A stretch of 35,968 nucleotides of DNA from an uncultured Dehalococcoidia bacterium (GCA_964655365.1 CAZZMQ010000005.1:1-35968), one strand, 5' to 3'; shown: positions 1-10,380, counted from the first letter of the stretch. A program made the numbers and translations. Notes: generated by a model from the sequence alone, not told the origin.

Positions 1-52
1 TCGTGCCCACGTTGACGTGGGGCTTCGTACGTTCAAATTTCTCGCGCGCCAT
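1..52 (-). CDS. tuf: Elongation factor Tu, 5' end only (runs off the left edge)
   Basis: The reverse complement from 52 reads MAREKFERTKPHVNVGT, the EF-Tu N-terminus. It directly follows fusA. Confidence 0.95.
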   Translation of the reverse strand, partial: MAREKFERTKPHVNVGT

Positions 53-120
53 CGCTACCGACTCTCTCTGGTGACCTCGCGGTCCCTTGGTGGCCCTACG
101 CGTCCAAATCCAACTGGGCG

Positions 121-2184
121 CTAGGCAGTCTGCTTCTGAACGACCTCGGCGGAAACCTCCGCGTAATGGTCGAATTCCATGCTTGACGTCGCACGGCCCT
201 GACTCATGGAGCGCAGAGTCGTGGTATATCCAAACGTTTCAGCCAGTGGGATCATCGCGGCGATAATCTGCAGGCTACCGCGTGACTCCATCCCTTGGAT
301 GGCGCCGCGACGGCTGGTGATGTCTCCCATGATGTCGCCGAAAAACTCCTCGGGGGTCGAAACCTCGGCCTTCATAATCGGCTCCAGTTGGACCGGGCTA
401 GCCTTCCGCATGGCATCTTTAAAACACATGCTGGCAGCGGTGCTAAACGCCATCTCACTGGAATCGACGTCGTGATAGGAACCGTCGACGAGCCGAACCT
501 TGAGGTCCACAACGCCGTGGCCACCTAACACGCCATTCTCCATCGCCTGCACAACACCTTTGCCAGCCGCTGGGATGAACTGCTGTGGAATGTTGCCACC
601 GCGAATTTCGTTGACCCACTCGTATCCCTTGCCCGGTGCCAGCGGCTCAATCTCGAGCACGACGTGGGCGTACTGCCCGCGCCCCCCCGTTTGACGAATA
701 AAACGCGTTTCCGCACGGGCCGACTTGCGAATCGTTTCCTTGTAGGAGACCTGCGGGCGGCCAACGTTGCTGGCAACACCAAACTCACGCGTGAGGCGAT
801 CGACGATAACTTCCAGGTGTAATTCACCCATGCCGGAAATGACGGTTTGGCCGGTGTCGTCGTTGAACGCGGAGCGGAAGGTGGGGTCCTCCTCGGAAAG
901 TTTATGGAGCGCCTGCCCCATCTTGTCTTGGTCCGACTTGCTCTTGGCCTCGATCGCGATCGAGATCACCGGCTCCGGGAAGGTGATCTCCTCCAGCAGC
1001 AGTGGCTCGCGTGGGTCCGTCAGTGTGTCGCCGGTGAACGTGTCTTTCGGTCCAACGATGGCAGCGATGCCGCCCGCATACACGGCTTCGACATCTTCGC
1101 GCTCGTCAGCGTGCATCCGCAGCAGCCGTCCCACGCGCTCCGTGCTATCGCGCGAACTGTTGTAGACGGCGTCGCCGGTCTTGAGCGTACCGGAGTAGAC
1201 CCGCACCCAACCTAGACGACCTACGTAGGGGTCAGTCACGATCTTGAAGCAAAGCGCGGTCAATTTCTCGTCGTCGCGCGCTGGGCGCTCCACGGCCTCG
1301 TCGCCGCCGAGCCGGATTCCGCTGACCGGCGGTACATCGGGTGGCGCAGGCAGGTAGTCGATCACCGCGTCCAGAAGCCGTCGCACGCCGACATTCTTGA
1401 GGGCACTACCGCACAGGACAGGGGTGAAATCATTGGCTATCGTCCCGCGCCGGACGGCCTTGCGAATCTCATCCTCTGAAACTTCGTGGCCTTCCAGGTA
1501 GGAAATCATGACCTGCTCATCATGTTCGGCGATGCGTTCAATCATCGTCTCGCGCCAGCGGCTCGCATCGTCGACGAAATCGTCGGGAATGTCCCCCTCA
1601 ACCGGGGGATCGTCGCGGTCGCCGCTGAAGAACCAAGCGCGCATCGTGATCAGGTCAATCACACCTTGGAATTTCTCCTCGCTTCCAATCGGGATCTGGA
1701 GCGGCACCGGCAGGCGGTCGAGACGGTCGCGAATCATCTCCATCGTGCGCCAGAAATCGGCACCGATACGATCCATCTTGTTCACGAAGCTGAGGCGCGG
1801 GACTTTGTACTTGTCGGCCTGGCGCCAGACCGTCTCAGACTGCGGCTCCACGCCAGCCACCGCGTCGAAAACCACGACGCCACCATCCAGCACCCTTAGG
1901 CTACGTTCCACCTCCACGGTGAAATCGACGTGCCCGGGCGTATCGATGATGTTGATGCGGTGGCCGGCCCACTCAACCGTTGTCGCGGCGGCGGCGATCG
2001 TGATGCCACGCTCGCGCTCTTGGTCCATGAAGTCCATCACGGCAGTGCCATCGTGCACCTCACCAAGTTTGTAGGTGCGGCCGGCAAAATAGAGCACGCG
2101 CTCGGTCACGGTGGTCTTGCCCGCGTCAATGTGGGCGATGATACCGATGTTCCGAACGGATTCCAGTTGAATGTCGCGGGGCAT
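121..2184 (-). CDS. fusA: Elongation factor G
   Basis: [40 protein letters not shown] and GSYHDVDSS motifs; str operon position. Confidence 0.99.
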   Translation of the reverse strand: MPRDIQLESVRNIGIIAHIDAGKTTVTERVLYFAGRTYKLGEVHDGTAVMDFMDQERERGITIAAAATTVEWAGHRINIIDTPGHVDFTVEVERSLRVLDGGVVVFDAVAGVEPQSETVWRQADKYKVPRLSFVNKMDRIGADFWRTMEMIRDRLDRLPVPLQIPIGSEEKFQGVIDLITMRAWFFSGDRDDPPVEGDIPDDFVDDASRWRETMIERIAEHDEQVMISYLEGHEVSEDEIRKAVRRGTIANDFTPVLCGSALKNVGVRRLLDAVIDYLPAPPDVPPVSGIRLGGDEAVERPARDDEKLTALCFKIVTDPYVGRLGWVRVYSGTLKTGDAVYNSSRDSTERVGRLLRMHADEREDVEAVYAGGIAAIVGPKDTFTGDTLTDPREPLLLEEITFPEPVISIAIEAKSKSDQDKMGQALHKLSEEDPTFRSAFNDDTGQTVISGMGELHLEVIVDRLTREFGVASNVGRPQVSYKETIRKSARAETRFIRQTGGRGQYAHVVLEIEPLAPGKGYEWVNEIRGGNIPQQFIPAAGKGVVQAMENGVLGGHGVVDLKVRLVDGSYHDVDSSEMAFSTAASMCFKDAMRKASPVQLEPIMKAEVSTPEEFFGDIMGDITSRRGAIQGMESRGSLQIIAAMIPLAETFGYTTTLRSMSQGRATSSMEFDHYAEVSAEVVQKQTA

Positions 2185-2236
2185 GACGGTCCCCGATTGC
2201 CTTTCTCAGCCCGATCTGAGCCGGGCCCGAATGTAA

Positions 2237-2261
2237 GAAAGCGCGCATGATGCGCGCTTTC
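2237..2261 (-). terminator. Perfect inverted repeat between rpsG and fusA; terminator-like or mRNA processing/stabilising hairpin
   Basis: GAAAGCGCGCA-tga-TGCGCGCTTTC. On the minus strand the GC stem is followed by TTTCTT. Confidence 0.5.
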
Positions 2262-2272
2262 GAATTAACGAT

Positions 2273-2743
2273 CTACCATCGGTAGTGGGCAAAGGCACGA
2301 TTCGCCTCAGCCATACGGTGGGTATCTTCGCGGCGCTTGACCGCCGTACCGGTGTTGTTGAACGCATCGGCGATCTCGTCCGCCAGACGCTCGTGCATGC
2401 CTTTGCCACGTCGCGAGCGGGCGCCGTTAACCAGCCAGCGAATAGCCAGCGAGTTACGCCGGTCGGATCGAATCTCGATCGGGACCTGGTAGGTCGCACC
2501 CCCAACGCGCCGGGGCTTGACCTCCATCTGGGGCGTGATATTGCGCAACGCCTGCATGAACGCGTCGAGCGGCTCTTGGCGAAGACGCTGCTCCACCAGA
2601 GCCATCGCTCGGTACATCGCGCGCTCCGCAGTTCCCTTCTTGCCGTTCAGCATAATCTTATTGATCGTTTGCTGAACCGGCACCGAATTGAACTTCGGAT
2701 CGGGCTGGGTACGTCGGCGTTCGGATCGGTTCCGCCGTGACAT
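2273..2743 (-). CDS. rpsG: 30S ribosomal protein S7
   Basis: MSRR start (ATG at 2743), GKKGTAE, RRVGGATYQVP and HRMAEANRAFAHYRW. The ORF-track start at 2836 is over-extended. Confidence 0.98.
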   Translation of the reverse strand: MSRRNRSERRRTQPDPKFNSVPVQQTINKIMLNGKKGTAERAMYRAMALVEQRLRQEPLDAFMQALRNITPQMEVKPRRVGGATYQVPIEIRSDRRNSLAIRWLVNGARSRRGKGMHERLADEIADAFNNTGTAVKRREDTHRMAEANRAFAHYRW

Positions 2744-2882
2744 GAACAATCCCTTAACGACAGGACCCGTCTGCGACCGGTCCTGGGCCTCTTGAGCCCA
2801 TCTGGTTCCGCTCGCCGTCGCGGGCGGATGATTCAAACACTAATTAAGCGGGACCTAGGGTGCCGCTTGCGGATCAATTGCC

Positions 2883-3320
2883 CTATGAAGTCGGCGCCGT
2901 TGCCGGCCCTCCGGTCTTGCGGGTGCCGTACTTCGAACGCCCGCGCTTACGATCCTGGACGCCCTGTGCGTCGAGCGCGCCTCGCACCACGTGGTATCGG
3001 ACGCCCGGGAGGTCCTTGACTCTACCTCCGCGAATTAAGACCACCGAATGCTCCTGCAGTGTGTGTCCCTCGCCTGGAATGTAGGCCGTAACCTCAATTC
3101 CGTTAGTTAGGCGCACTCGACAAACCTTGCGTAGCGCAGAATTCGGCTTCTTCGGCGTCACTGTGCGCACCGCGGTGCAGACACCGCGCTTCTGAGGCGC
3201 GCCAGGTCCCGTCGTGGTGCGGCCAGTCAAAGAATTGTGCAAAAAACGCAAGGCGGGTGCCTTGGTCTTTTTGGTGACCGACTTGCGGCCCTTGCGTACT
3301 AGCTGATTGATGGTCGGCAC
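2883..3320 (-). CDS. rpsL: 30S ribosomal protein S12
   Basis: [23 protein letters not shown] and [13 protein letters not shown]; GTG start. Confidence 0.99.
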   Translation of the reverse strand: MPTINQLVRKGRKSVTKKTKAPALRFLHNSLTGRTTTGPGAPQKRGVCTAVRTVTPKKPNSALRKVCRVRLTNGIEVTAYIPGEGHTLQEHSVVLIRGGRVKDLPGVRYHVVRGALDAQGVQDRKRGRSKYGTRKTGGPATAPTS

Positions 3321-3518
3321 GTTTCTCGTCCGTTGCGTTCCGCCCGGCGCTTTGCGGCGCTGGCTGCCAATCAGTCACTCGTCTCCGTAGAAAAAATCTG
3401 CGGAACACAGCAGAAGAGGCCAAAGCCGGTCGCTGACCCTTGCGCTGCGAATAGCGCAGGTTGTCGAGCGAGGGGCGGCTCTGACCCATACCCGTCAGTT
3501 ACACGAGCGTAGACAGGC

Positions 3519-3548
3519 AGAGTACGAACGAGTGATTTGCACTGTCAA
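3519..3548 (-). promoter_or_regulatory. Putative sigma70 promoter of the str operon
   Basis: Minus strand TTGACA-18 nt-TACTCT, about 200 nt upstream of rpsL. Confidence 0.55.
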
Positions 3549-3633
3549 GCGCGTATGAGTCGGATCCGAACCCGGTTAACACATGTATCGGGGATCCGTG
3601 CGGGCATCCCATGTCGCTAACCGGCCGCGTCAC

Positions 3634-4545
3634 CTAAACGCCCGCGTATGAGTGCAGCCCGCTGATCCATAGATTCACACCGAGGTACGTAAACAACACC
3701 GCGACGAAACCACAGACGACAATCCAAGAGCCGCGCGTCCCGCGCAGCTGGCGCATCCCGCGGGTGTGCAGATAGACCGCGAAAATCAGTCCGGTGACCA
3801 GAGCCGCGGTCTCCTTGGGGTCCCAGCCCCAGTAGCGGCCCCAGGCGTCATTCGCCCACCAAGCACCAAGCGCAATCCCCACCGCCAGAAGGGGAAAACC
3901 CACCAGGACAGATTGATAGGTCAACTCGTCACAGCGACCGGAGGATGGGATCCAGGCATGACGCCGCCCCTCGTTGCCCTGCAGGATATGCATGATCGCC
4001 GCCGCAAAGGCGACCGCCAGTACCGCATAGGAAAGGAGCATGATTGACACATGGATGGTGAGAATCGTCGGCGCTTGCAGAGCGGGCACCAGCGTCTCCT
4101 GGCCCTCACTGGGGAATGCCAGAGCGCTCGCGAAGAGTCCGAAGGCCACCGGCATCGCGAAGGCGCCGAGCAAACGAGTTCCATAGCGCAACTCCAGCAG
4201 TGCATAGACAAGTGCTATAGCGAAGCCGAACGCCATCGAGAACTCGAAGAGATTGCTGATCGGCGGATGATCCAACGCGATCGTGCGAAACGTTAAGCCC
4301 AGTGCACCGAAAACGATGGTGATCCAGGCCGAAAAGGTGGCCGCGCCCCGTAGCGTGGTCGATCGACCGAAGTTGGGGTTATTAGGCGAGTCGATCGCGG
4401 CACTACCTGCTTCGAGAACAGCCGATCGCGGCTCGACGAACAGCCCCGCCCAATGTGGTTGCGTGGCGTATAGCACATAGACACCCGCCGAGATGCCAGC
4501 CGAAATCAGCCCACCCCAGACGAAACACAGCGCCAGATCCTCCAC
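3634..4545 (-). CDS. ccsA: System II cytochrome c biogenesis protein, CcsA/ResC type
   Basis: WWD motif WANDAWGRYWGWDPKE, HPPISNLFE, C-terminal GLHSYA and multiple TM segments. Confidence 0.93.
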   Translation of the reverse strand: MEDLALCFVWGGLISAGISAGVYVLYATQPHWAGLFVEPRSAVLEAGSAAIDSPNNPNFGRSTTLRGAATFSAWITIVFGALGLTFRTIALDHPPISNLFEFSMAFGFAIALVYALLELRYGTRLLGAFAMPVAFGLFASALAFPSEGQETLVPALQAPTILTIHVSIMLLSYAVLAVAFAAAIMHILQGNEGRRHAWIPSSGRCDELTYQSVLVGFPLLAVGIALGAWWANDAWGRYWGWDPKETAALVTGLIFAVYLHTRGMRQLRGTRGSWIVVCGFVAVLFTYLGVNLWISGLHSYAGV

Positions 4546-5394
4546 TTAGCTCCCTGCCCCCGCCCCAACCGCTCGTGTCCCCTCAATCGTGCCGGATTCC
4601 TCCGCCTGAGCAGACTCCTCTTGTTTCGCCTTCGCCAACTTCTTCAGAACCGCGTGGCGATTGGGCGCAGCAGTCCCGCCGAAGTGCAGGCGCCGGAAGG
4701 CTTCGGCCCAGGGGACCGTCCGATGATCTGTCGATTCCTGGCGCTTTCGGAGGCGCTGGAGCCACTCCTCGCGCGTGCCTGGAGTGACCTGGCTCGCGTG
4801 GCGGCGTAGCGCGTCGACTTTCCGGCCAAGTTGCTCTCCAACATCAACGAAATAGTTCGGTTCGTTGGTCCCAGCCAGCAGTACCGTATTCACTTTATGC
4901 GGCTCTAGCCCGGCGGATTTATGCTCTGGAAAGTAGTGCGGGTTGCGTGAGAGTGGGAAAACAGCATCCAGAGCCACGAGGCCAACAGTACGGTGGTCGC
5001 GGTGGTTGAAGCCACGGTAGCCGTCCCAGGTGATCAGGACTTGTGGCCGCACCTCACGGATGGTGCGCACCAGAAGCTCACGCAGTTCCGGGCCGTCCTG
5101 CACGAAACCGTCCGGCACTCGCAAGAAGATGCAACGGTAAACACCAAGTTCACGCGCAGCCGCCTCTTGCTCTGCTTCGCGCAAGGCGGCCAGGTCGTGC
5201 GACGCGAGGGTCTCGTCCTTCGTACCCTTGTCGCCACTGGTAACGAGGCAAAATACAACCTCCCAGCCGTCCTGTGCCAGGATCGCCGCGGTACCGCCGC
5301 AGGTGAACTCGATGTCGTCAGGGTGCGCCATCACAACCAAGACCCGCTTAGGTTCGGCCGTGTCCGGTGCTTGGTTTTTTATCTCGCTCTTCAT
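4546..5394 (-). CDS. PIG-L family N-acetylglucosaminyl deacetylase (MshB/BshB/Mca superfamily)
   Basis: AHPDD and HRDH metal-binding motifs, TSGDKG, R..E...AA, HASQ. Start is ATG 5394 or GTG 5403. Confidence 0.9.
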   Translation of the reverse strand: MKSEIKNQAPDTAEPKRVLVVMAHPDDIEFTCGGTAAILAQDGWEVVFCLVTSGDKGTKDETLASHDLAALREAEQEAAARELGVYRCIFLRVPDGFVQDGPELRELLVRTIREVRPQVLITWDGYRGFNHRDHRTVGLVALDAVFPLSRNPHYFPEHKSAGLEPHKVNTVLLAGTNEPNYFVDVGEQLGRKVDALRRHASQVTPGTREEWLQRLRKRQESTDHRTVPWAEAFRRLHFGGTAAPNRHAVLKKLAKAKQEESAQAEESGTIEGTRAVGAGAGS

Positions 5395-5459
5395 AGCTCG
5401 CACAGTGTAACGAACGGGGAGGCTCTGGCCGGGTAACCAGCGAAGCGCAGGACCAAAGC

Positions 5460-6710
5460 CTATCCGGCACTCCCACGGCTGGCGAAACTGGCACCATAGC
5501 GATTGACGACATCCTGGTAGACCTCGCCAATCTGCGCCGCGATGTGGTCCCAGCTGAACCGTTGAACGGAATCAGGGGCAGCAGCAGCGAAATGGCGCCG
5601 TAGGTCGTCGTTCTCCAGTAAGGCTTCCATACGCTCGGCGAATGGCTCCGGACAGCGCCACGGGATCAGGTAGCCAGTCTGCCCGTCGCGCACCGTATAT
5701 TGCAAGCCACCGACGCGAGTCGCGATGACCGGCGTGCCGGAAGCCAGCGCCTCAATAGCGACCAAACCAAAACTCTCGTAGTAAGAAGGCACGACGCAGA
5801 TATCAGCCGCCTGATAGTAATCCGGCAGTTCGTCGCGGGGGATGGATCCGACAAAGCCCACGCGATCGCCGATCCCCAACTCATGGGCGAGCACGTCGAG
5901 ATCAGCTACGGCAGCCGGTGCAGACTCGCGGTCCCCACCCGCCACGATCAGCGTGATTGGCCGGTCTAGTTCCGTCGCGGCCACAGCGCGCAGAAGAATA
6001 TCAACCCCTTTAAGCGGCTCCAACCTGCCCACAAAGAGAACAATCGGGCCATCATCTAGGCCGAGGTGCGAACGGGCCGTCGCCTGGTCGCCCGGCCGGA
6101 AACGAGTAAGATCAACGCCGGCCGGTACCACCGCAACGCAATCGCGCTGAGCACCATATAGTTGGACCAAGAAGTCGCTCTCATGGGGAGTCGCGCAAAT
6201 GAGGCGATCGGCCGCTGCCACTATACGTCGCTCGGCTGCGATTCGAGCAGGCGGCTCCTGTTCTGCGCGGCGGGCCCGGTTCTTAACCTCACCGAGGGTG
6301 TGGAACATTGCGACGTGCGGCACATGCCATCGCTCGGCCAAACCAAGGCCAACCAGCCCCGAAAGCCAATAGTGCGAGTGAATCAGACTGTACTCTCGCG
6401 CCCGTTTCTCTGCGAAGGCGGCCACTCCACCCTGAAATTGAGGCAGCCACGGTTCGATTGAAACTGGGTCGAGGGGAGCAGCCGGGCCCGCATCGATATG
6501 AACGACGCGTACGTTCGGCGTGAGCTCAGTGCAGGGCGGGAGATCGGGCGCGTCGCGGCGTGTGAAAATATCGACTTCGCATTCACTCCCCCCGAGCTGC
6601 GCAGTCAACTCCGCAATGTAGACATTCATACCACCTGCTTTGGTCGTGCCGGGACGCGCAAGAGGGGAGGTATGGGTACTGATGAATGCAAGGCGGCGAA
6701 TGGGGTTCAT
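5460..6710 (-). CDS. mshA: GT4 glycosyltransferase, MshA-like (D-inositol-3-phosphate glycosyltransferase family)
   Basis: HTSPLARPG..AGGMNVY, IHSHYWLSG, HTLGEVKN, VGRLEPLKG and PSYYESFGLVAIEA match MshA signatures. Confidence 0.8.
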   Translation of the reverse strand: MNPIRRLAFISTHTSPLARPGTTKAGGMNVYIAELTAQLGGSECEVDIFTRRDAPDLPPCTELTPNVRVVHIDAGPAAPLDPVSIEPWLPQFQGGVAAFAEKRAREYSLIHSHYWLSGLVGLGLAERWHVPHVAMFHTLGEVKNRARRAEQEPPARIAAERRIVAAADRLICATPHESDFLVQLYGAQRDCVAVVPAGVDLTRFRPGDQATARSHLGLDDGPIVLFVGRLEPLKGVDILLRAVAATELDRPITLIVAGGDRESAPAAVADLDVLAHELGIGDRVGFVGSIPRDELPDYYQAADICVVPSYYESFGLVAIEALASGTPVIATRVGGLQYTVRDGQTGYLIPWRCPEPFAERMEALLENDDLRRHFAAAAPDSVQRFSWDHIAAQIGEVYQDVVNRYGASFASRGSAG

Positions 6711-6725
6711 GACAGCAACCGGGAC

Positions 6726-7733
6726 TTAGCGACTCAGTGTCAACCGAGTGACGGGGGCAGCTTCAGCGCCCATCTGGAACTTGTACTCTTCGTCGCCGCG
6801 CAAGAAGTTGACCGCCTCCCGACGCTCGTCGATGGCTTCACGCAGGCAAAAAACCTTAGAGGCAATGCCGACGGAGAGCGAGCGGTACTCAGGATCGTAG
6901 CCGCTGTTGTAGAGCATCAACTGCCCGCAACAGACGAAGCAAAGCACCGTGGCTACAGACTTTCCGTCCAACAACAAGAAATAGAGCTGTATCCTGCCGT
7001 GCGGTGCCAGCCGCTTCACCAGCTCCGCGAAGAACATCGCCATCTGGTCGGTCATGAACTCCGCTTTGTCACCACGCGAAGTCGTCATCATGGTCAGGAA
7101 GTCCGGCAACCGCTCGCAAACGGCGTCCGCGTCGCGAATCACCTCGATGTTAACCGCGGCCTTGCCATCACGCAGGTTGCGCAGCTTGCGGCGCACCTCG
7201 TGGCGGTACTTACGGCGCAACCCCGATGTATACGACTCCCAGTCGGCGGGCAAGTGCACCACGGGACACACGGCTTCCAGCTGTTCTTCCACCTGCCAGC
7301 CGCGTGCCGCAGCTTTGCCAGGCAGGAGCCGCAGCGTGGCGGAGCCGCTGGCGAAACCGCGGAAATCCGCGCTGCTGGAGCCGAGCGCCTCTAGGCGGTC
7401 CAGGAGTACATCCACGACGGCCTCTTCGTGATCGGGAGCCGCCAGGATATCCATGTAGTCACAGACCTCGAAGTCACCCACCAAGCCGACAGCACCATTG
7501 TCAACTCGCAGCGGAACCACGCCCACGAGACGGCCGTCTGCACGCACAGCCGTCAGATCTGGCGAAGAGTCAGGCTGGAAAATGTCCCACCAAGCTGTTT
7601 GAAACTCAGGAGTGATGAACGGGCCGGCAGGAGGTTGCACCTCTGCGAAAAGGGCACGCCACTCATCGGCCAGCCCGTTCGATGACGTATTCGTGAGCTG
7701 TGCCCAGTCGGCGGATTCGGTCGTCAGCAACAT
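6726..7733 (-). CDS. GNAT-fold protein of the CelD/BcsL (Acetyltransf_6) type
   Basis: PF.TPEF..AWW, DYMDIL, WESY..GL..K.R.E.RRK.R, YNSGYDP, S.G, FLRGDEEYKF..GA pattern. Confidence 0.8.
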   Translation of the reverse strand: MLLTTESADWAQLTNTSSNGLADEWRALFAEVQPPAGPFITPEFQTAWWDIFQPDSSPDLTAVRADGRLVGVVPLRVDNGAVGLVGDFEVCDYMDILAAPDHEEAVVDVLLDRLEALGSSSADFRGFASGSATLRLLPGKAAARGWQVEEQLEAVCPVVHLPADWESYTSGLRRKYRHEVRRKLRNLRDGKAAVNIEVIRDADAVCERLPDFLTMMTTSRGDKAEFMTDQMAMFFAELVKRLAPHGRIQLYFLLLDGKSVATVLCFVCCGQLMLYNSGYDPEYRSLSVGIASKVFCLREAIDERREAVNFLRGDEEYKFQMGAEAAPVTRLTLSR

Positions 7734-7741
7734 CGCGGCAA

Positions 7742-8335
7742 CTACGCCCGACCCGGGCGCACGAGCGCGAGGAACTCGTTGCGAGTCTCGATCTGACTCT
7801 GGAAGGTTCCCCGCATCGCGGAGGTGACCATGCGGCTACCGGACTTCTTGATCCCTCGCATCGTCATACAGAGGTGCTCCGCCTCAAGAGCGACAGCAAC
7901 GCCGTCCGGCTCCAGCGCCTGCATCAAGGTGTCTGCGATCTGGCTGGTCAGACGCTCCTGCAGCTGCGGACGGCGTGCCACCACTTCCACCAGCCTGGCC
8001 AGCTTGCTGATCCCCACCACCCGTCCCCGCGGTACATACGCGACGTGCGCAATGCCGTGGAAGGGAAGCAGGTGGTGTTCACACATCGAAAAGAAGGGGA
8101 CGTCTCGCAAGACAACCATCTCGTCGTGGCCTTCTTCGAAACCAACCTGAAGCAGCGCCTCGGGATCAACGTTAAGCCCACCGAAAATCTCTTCGTATGA
8201 CTCGGCGATGCGGCGTGGCGTCTCCAGGAGCCCCTCGCGATCCGGGTTTTCGCCAATCGCGAGCAGAAGCTCGCGAACGGCCTCGCGGATGCGATCTTTG
8301 TCGATTGTGCGCAGCGGAGACAACTCGATAGTCAT
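7742..8335 (-). CDS. folE: GTP cyclohydrolase I
   Basis: [32 protein letters not shown] and HLCMTMRG. The ATG at 8335 overlaps the upstream stop (ATGA). Confidence 0.97.
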   Translation of the reverse strand: MTIELSPLRTIDKDRIREAVRELLLAIGENPDREGLLETPRRIAESYEEIFGGLNVDPEALLQVGFEEGHDEMVVLRDVPFFSMCEHHLLPFHGIAHVAYVPRGRVVGISKLARLVEVVARRPQLQERLTSQIADTLMQALEPDGVAVALEAEHLCMTMRGIKKSGSRMVTSAMRGTFQSQIETRNEFLALVRPGRA

Positions 8336-9282
8336 CCGGATCGGACCCCTCCAGCCACTACTGTGAGCGCTCCTGGCGCAAGCCAAAACTCAGCCGGAGT
8401 CTGGCCCACAACCTCGCCGTCGACGGAAACGGGCATGGGGGCTTCAGGTTCGACAGCGACCCGCTTTGTCGTACCGTAGCGTACGCCAGGTTGGTCGATA
8501 TGCGACCCGCGATATACCCGCAGCACTACGTTAAGCAGCCGCCAGCGCGAAACCCCTAACACAAGCAGGGCCTCCAGCAGGCCGTCCTGCGCGTTCGCCC
8601 CGGGTCCCGCGAACATCCCCGAACCAACCCACGGCGCATTCAACACCATCGTCTCTACGATCGCCACCTGTTCGGCAGTTCCATCCATTGTGAGCTGACT
8701 AGGTATCGCCTGGGCTCGGAACAGCTCTAGTAGGGCGGCTACAAAGTAGGCCGATCCACCCACCCAGCGTTTCATGCCGAGCGATCGTTCGATCACGGCG
8801 GAGGTGAAACCCGCCCCAGCTAAGAGCAGAAACGCCCGCTCCTTAGATACCAGCTCGGCGTTCGTGTAGCGGCAGTAGCCCACGTCGACTCTTTGGGTCT
8901 CTCCCCGTGCGATCAGCTGTGCTTGCGCCATCAAACTGACCGGCAAGCCCAGCAGGCGACTGAGATCGCACCCGGTTCCTGTCTGCAGCAAAGCCAGTGG
9001 TGGAGGCGAGGTAACTTGCAGCAGTCCGTTAGCAACTTCATTGGCAGTGCCATCGCCTCCCATCGCGATCACGGCGTCGTAGCCGTCCAGCCCGGCCTGT
9101 CGAGCCAATGCGGTCGCATGGCCCGGAGCCTCCGTGAGGACATAGGCAGACCTCAACCCTGCCTCACGCAGTGCAACGATCGCACCCGGCCAACTTTCCC
9201 CCGTGCTGCCGCTGCCAGCCGCTGGGTTGATGATGACCTGCACCATGCCGTTACTGAAGCTTTTATCGACGGGGGTATCCAC
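8332..9282 (-). CDS. Diacylglycerol/lipid kinase family protein (YegS/DgkB-like)
   Basis: [26 protein letters not shown] and VDGE motifs. Confidence 0.9.
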   Translation of the reverse strand: MDTPVDKSFSNGMVQVIINPAAGSGSTGESWPGAIVALREAGLRSAYVLTEAPGHATALARQAGLDGYDAVIAMGGDGTANEVANGLLQVTSPPPLALLQTGTGCDLSRLLGLPVSLMAQAQLIARGETQRVDVGYCRYTNAELVSKERAFLLLAGAGFTSAVIERSLGMKRWVGGSAYFVAALLELFRAQAIPSQLTMDGTAEQVAIVETMVLNAPWVGSGMFAGPGANAQDGLLEALLVLGVSRWRLLNVVLRVYRGSHIDQPGVRYGTTKRVAVEPEAPMPVSVDGEVVGQTPAEFWLAPGALTVVAGGVRSG

Positions 9283-9285
9283 GCC

Positions 9286-10380
9286 CTAGTCCAACGCCGC
9301 CTCGGCAGCCTCTATCGAATTGGGGATCTCAATCAAGTCCGGTTCGATCTCCATCGCAACATCTGGATCCTTGAGCCCCGACCCAGTAATGACACAGACG
9401 ATACGTAGGCCCCGCAGATCGAAACCCTCGGCCTGACAGGCGAGTAGCCCAGCCACGCTGGCCGCCGAGGCTGGCTCGCAGAAGATGCCCTCGTCGCGTG
9501 CCAAGGCTTGGTAGGCAGTGAGAATTTGCTTGTCGCTGACTGCACCAATGCGGCCGTCCGATTCGTCTCGCGCCAGCAATGCGCCTTGCCAGGAGGCCGG
9601 ATTACCGATCCGGATCGCCGTTGCGATCGTCTCGGGCTGGTCAACACGCTCACCCTTCACAATAGGAGCGGCACCCTCGGCTTGAAAACCGAACAATCGC
9701 GGGCGGGATGTTGCTCGCTCCGCTTGGAAATACTCCGCGTAGCCCTCCCAGTAGGCGGTGATATTGCCCGCGTTACCTACAGGGATGCACTGAATGTCCG
9801 GCGCATCACCCAATGTGTCGACGATTTCCATCGCAGCCGTCTTCTGCCCGGCAATGCGGTAGGGATTAACCGAGTTGACCAGTGCGATCGGACGACGCTC
9901 GCAGATCTCACGCGCCAAACTCAGGGCGTCGTCGAACGAGCCGTCGACGGAAAGAATGCGTGCACCATGCACAACCGCTTGGGCCAACTTGCCGAGCGCA
10001 ATATTGCCGCGCGGCACAATCACGAAGCAACGCAGTCCGTAGCGGGCAGCATAAGCCGCTGCAGAGGCGCTGGTGTTGCCCGTGGAGGCACACATTACGG
10101 CGTCAGCACCGTCTTCCAACGCCTTCGCGATGGCCACGACCATGCCTCGGTCCTTGAATGATCCAGAGGGGTTCAGTGATTCCAGTTTGAGATAGACCTC
10201 GGCCCCTGTCGCCGCTTCCAACGACGTGGCACGAACCAAGGGTGTATCACCTTCGCCCAGACTGATGCGCGGCGTTGCGTCGGTCAGCGGCAGGTATTCG
10301 GCGTAACAGGAGATGACACCCGTGCCTCGCCGAAAGCCGGGCATGGGGCCCACACCCTCCGAGGCGGAAGCATCAGGCAT
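9286..10380 (-). CDS. thrC: Threonine synthase (short, Gram-positive type)
   Basis: LGEGDTPL, NPSGSFKDRG (PLP lysine), ASTGNTSAS, PVGNAGN and EPASAAS. Start is ATG 10380 (overlapping the upstream stop) or 10345. Confidence 0.95.
   Translation of the reverse strand: MPDASASEGVGPMPGFRRGTGVISCYAEYLPLTDATPRISLGEGDTPLVRATSLEAATGAEVYLKLESLNPSGSFKDRGMVVAIAKALEDGADAVMCASTGNTSASAAAYAARYGLRCFVIVPRGNIALGKLAQAVVHGARILSVDGSFDDALSLAREICERRPIALVNSVNPYRIAGQKTAAMEIVDTLGDAPDIQCIPVGNAGNITAYWEGYAEYFQAERATSRPRLFGFQAEGAAPIVKGERVDQPETIATAIRIGNPASWQGALLARDESDGRIGAVSDKQILTAYQALARDEGIFCEPASAASVAGLLACQAEGFDLRGLRIVCVITGSGLKDPDVAMEIEPDLIEIPNSIEAAEAALD

Noticed and set aside
3577-3590. Second LexA-like site (TAACACATGTATC) upstream of the str promoter
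   Set aside because: It has too many mismatches to GAAC-N4-GTTC.
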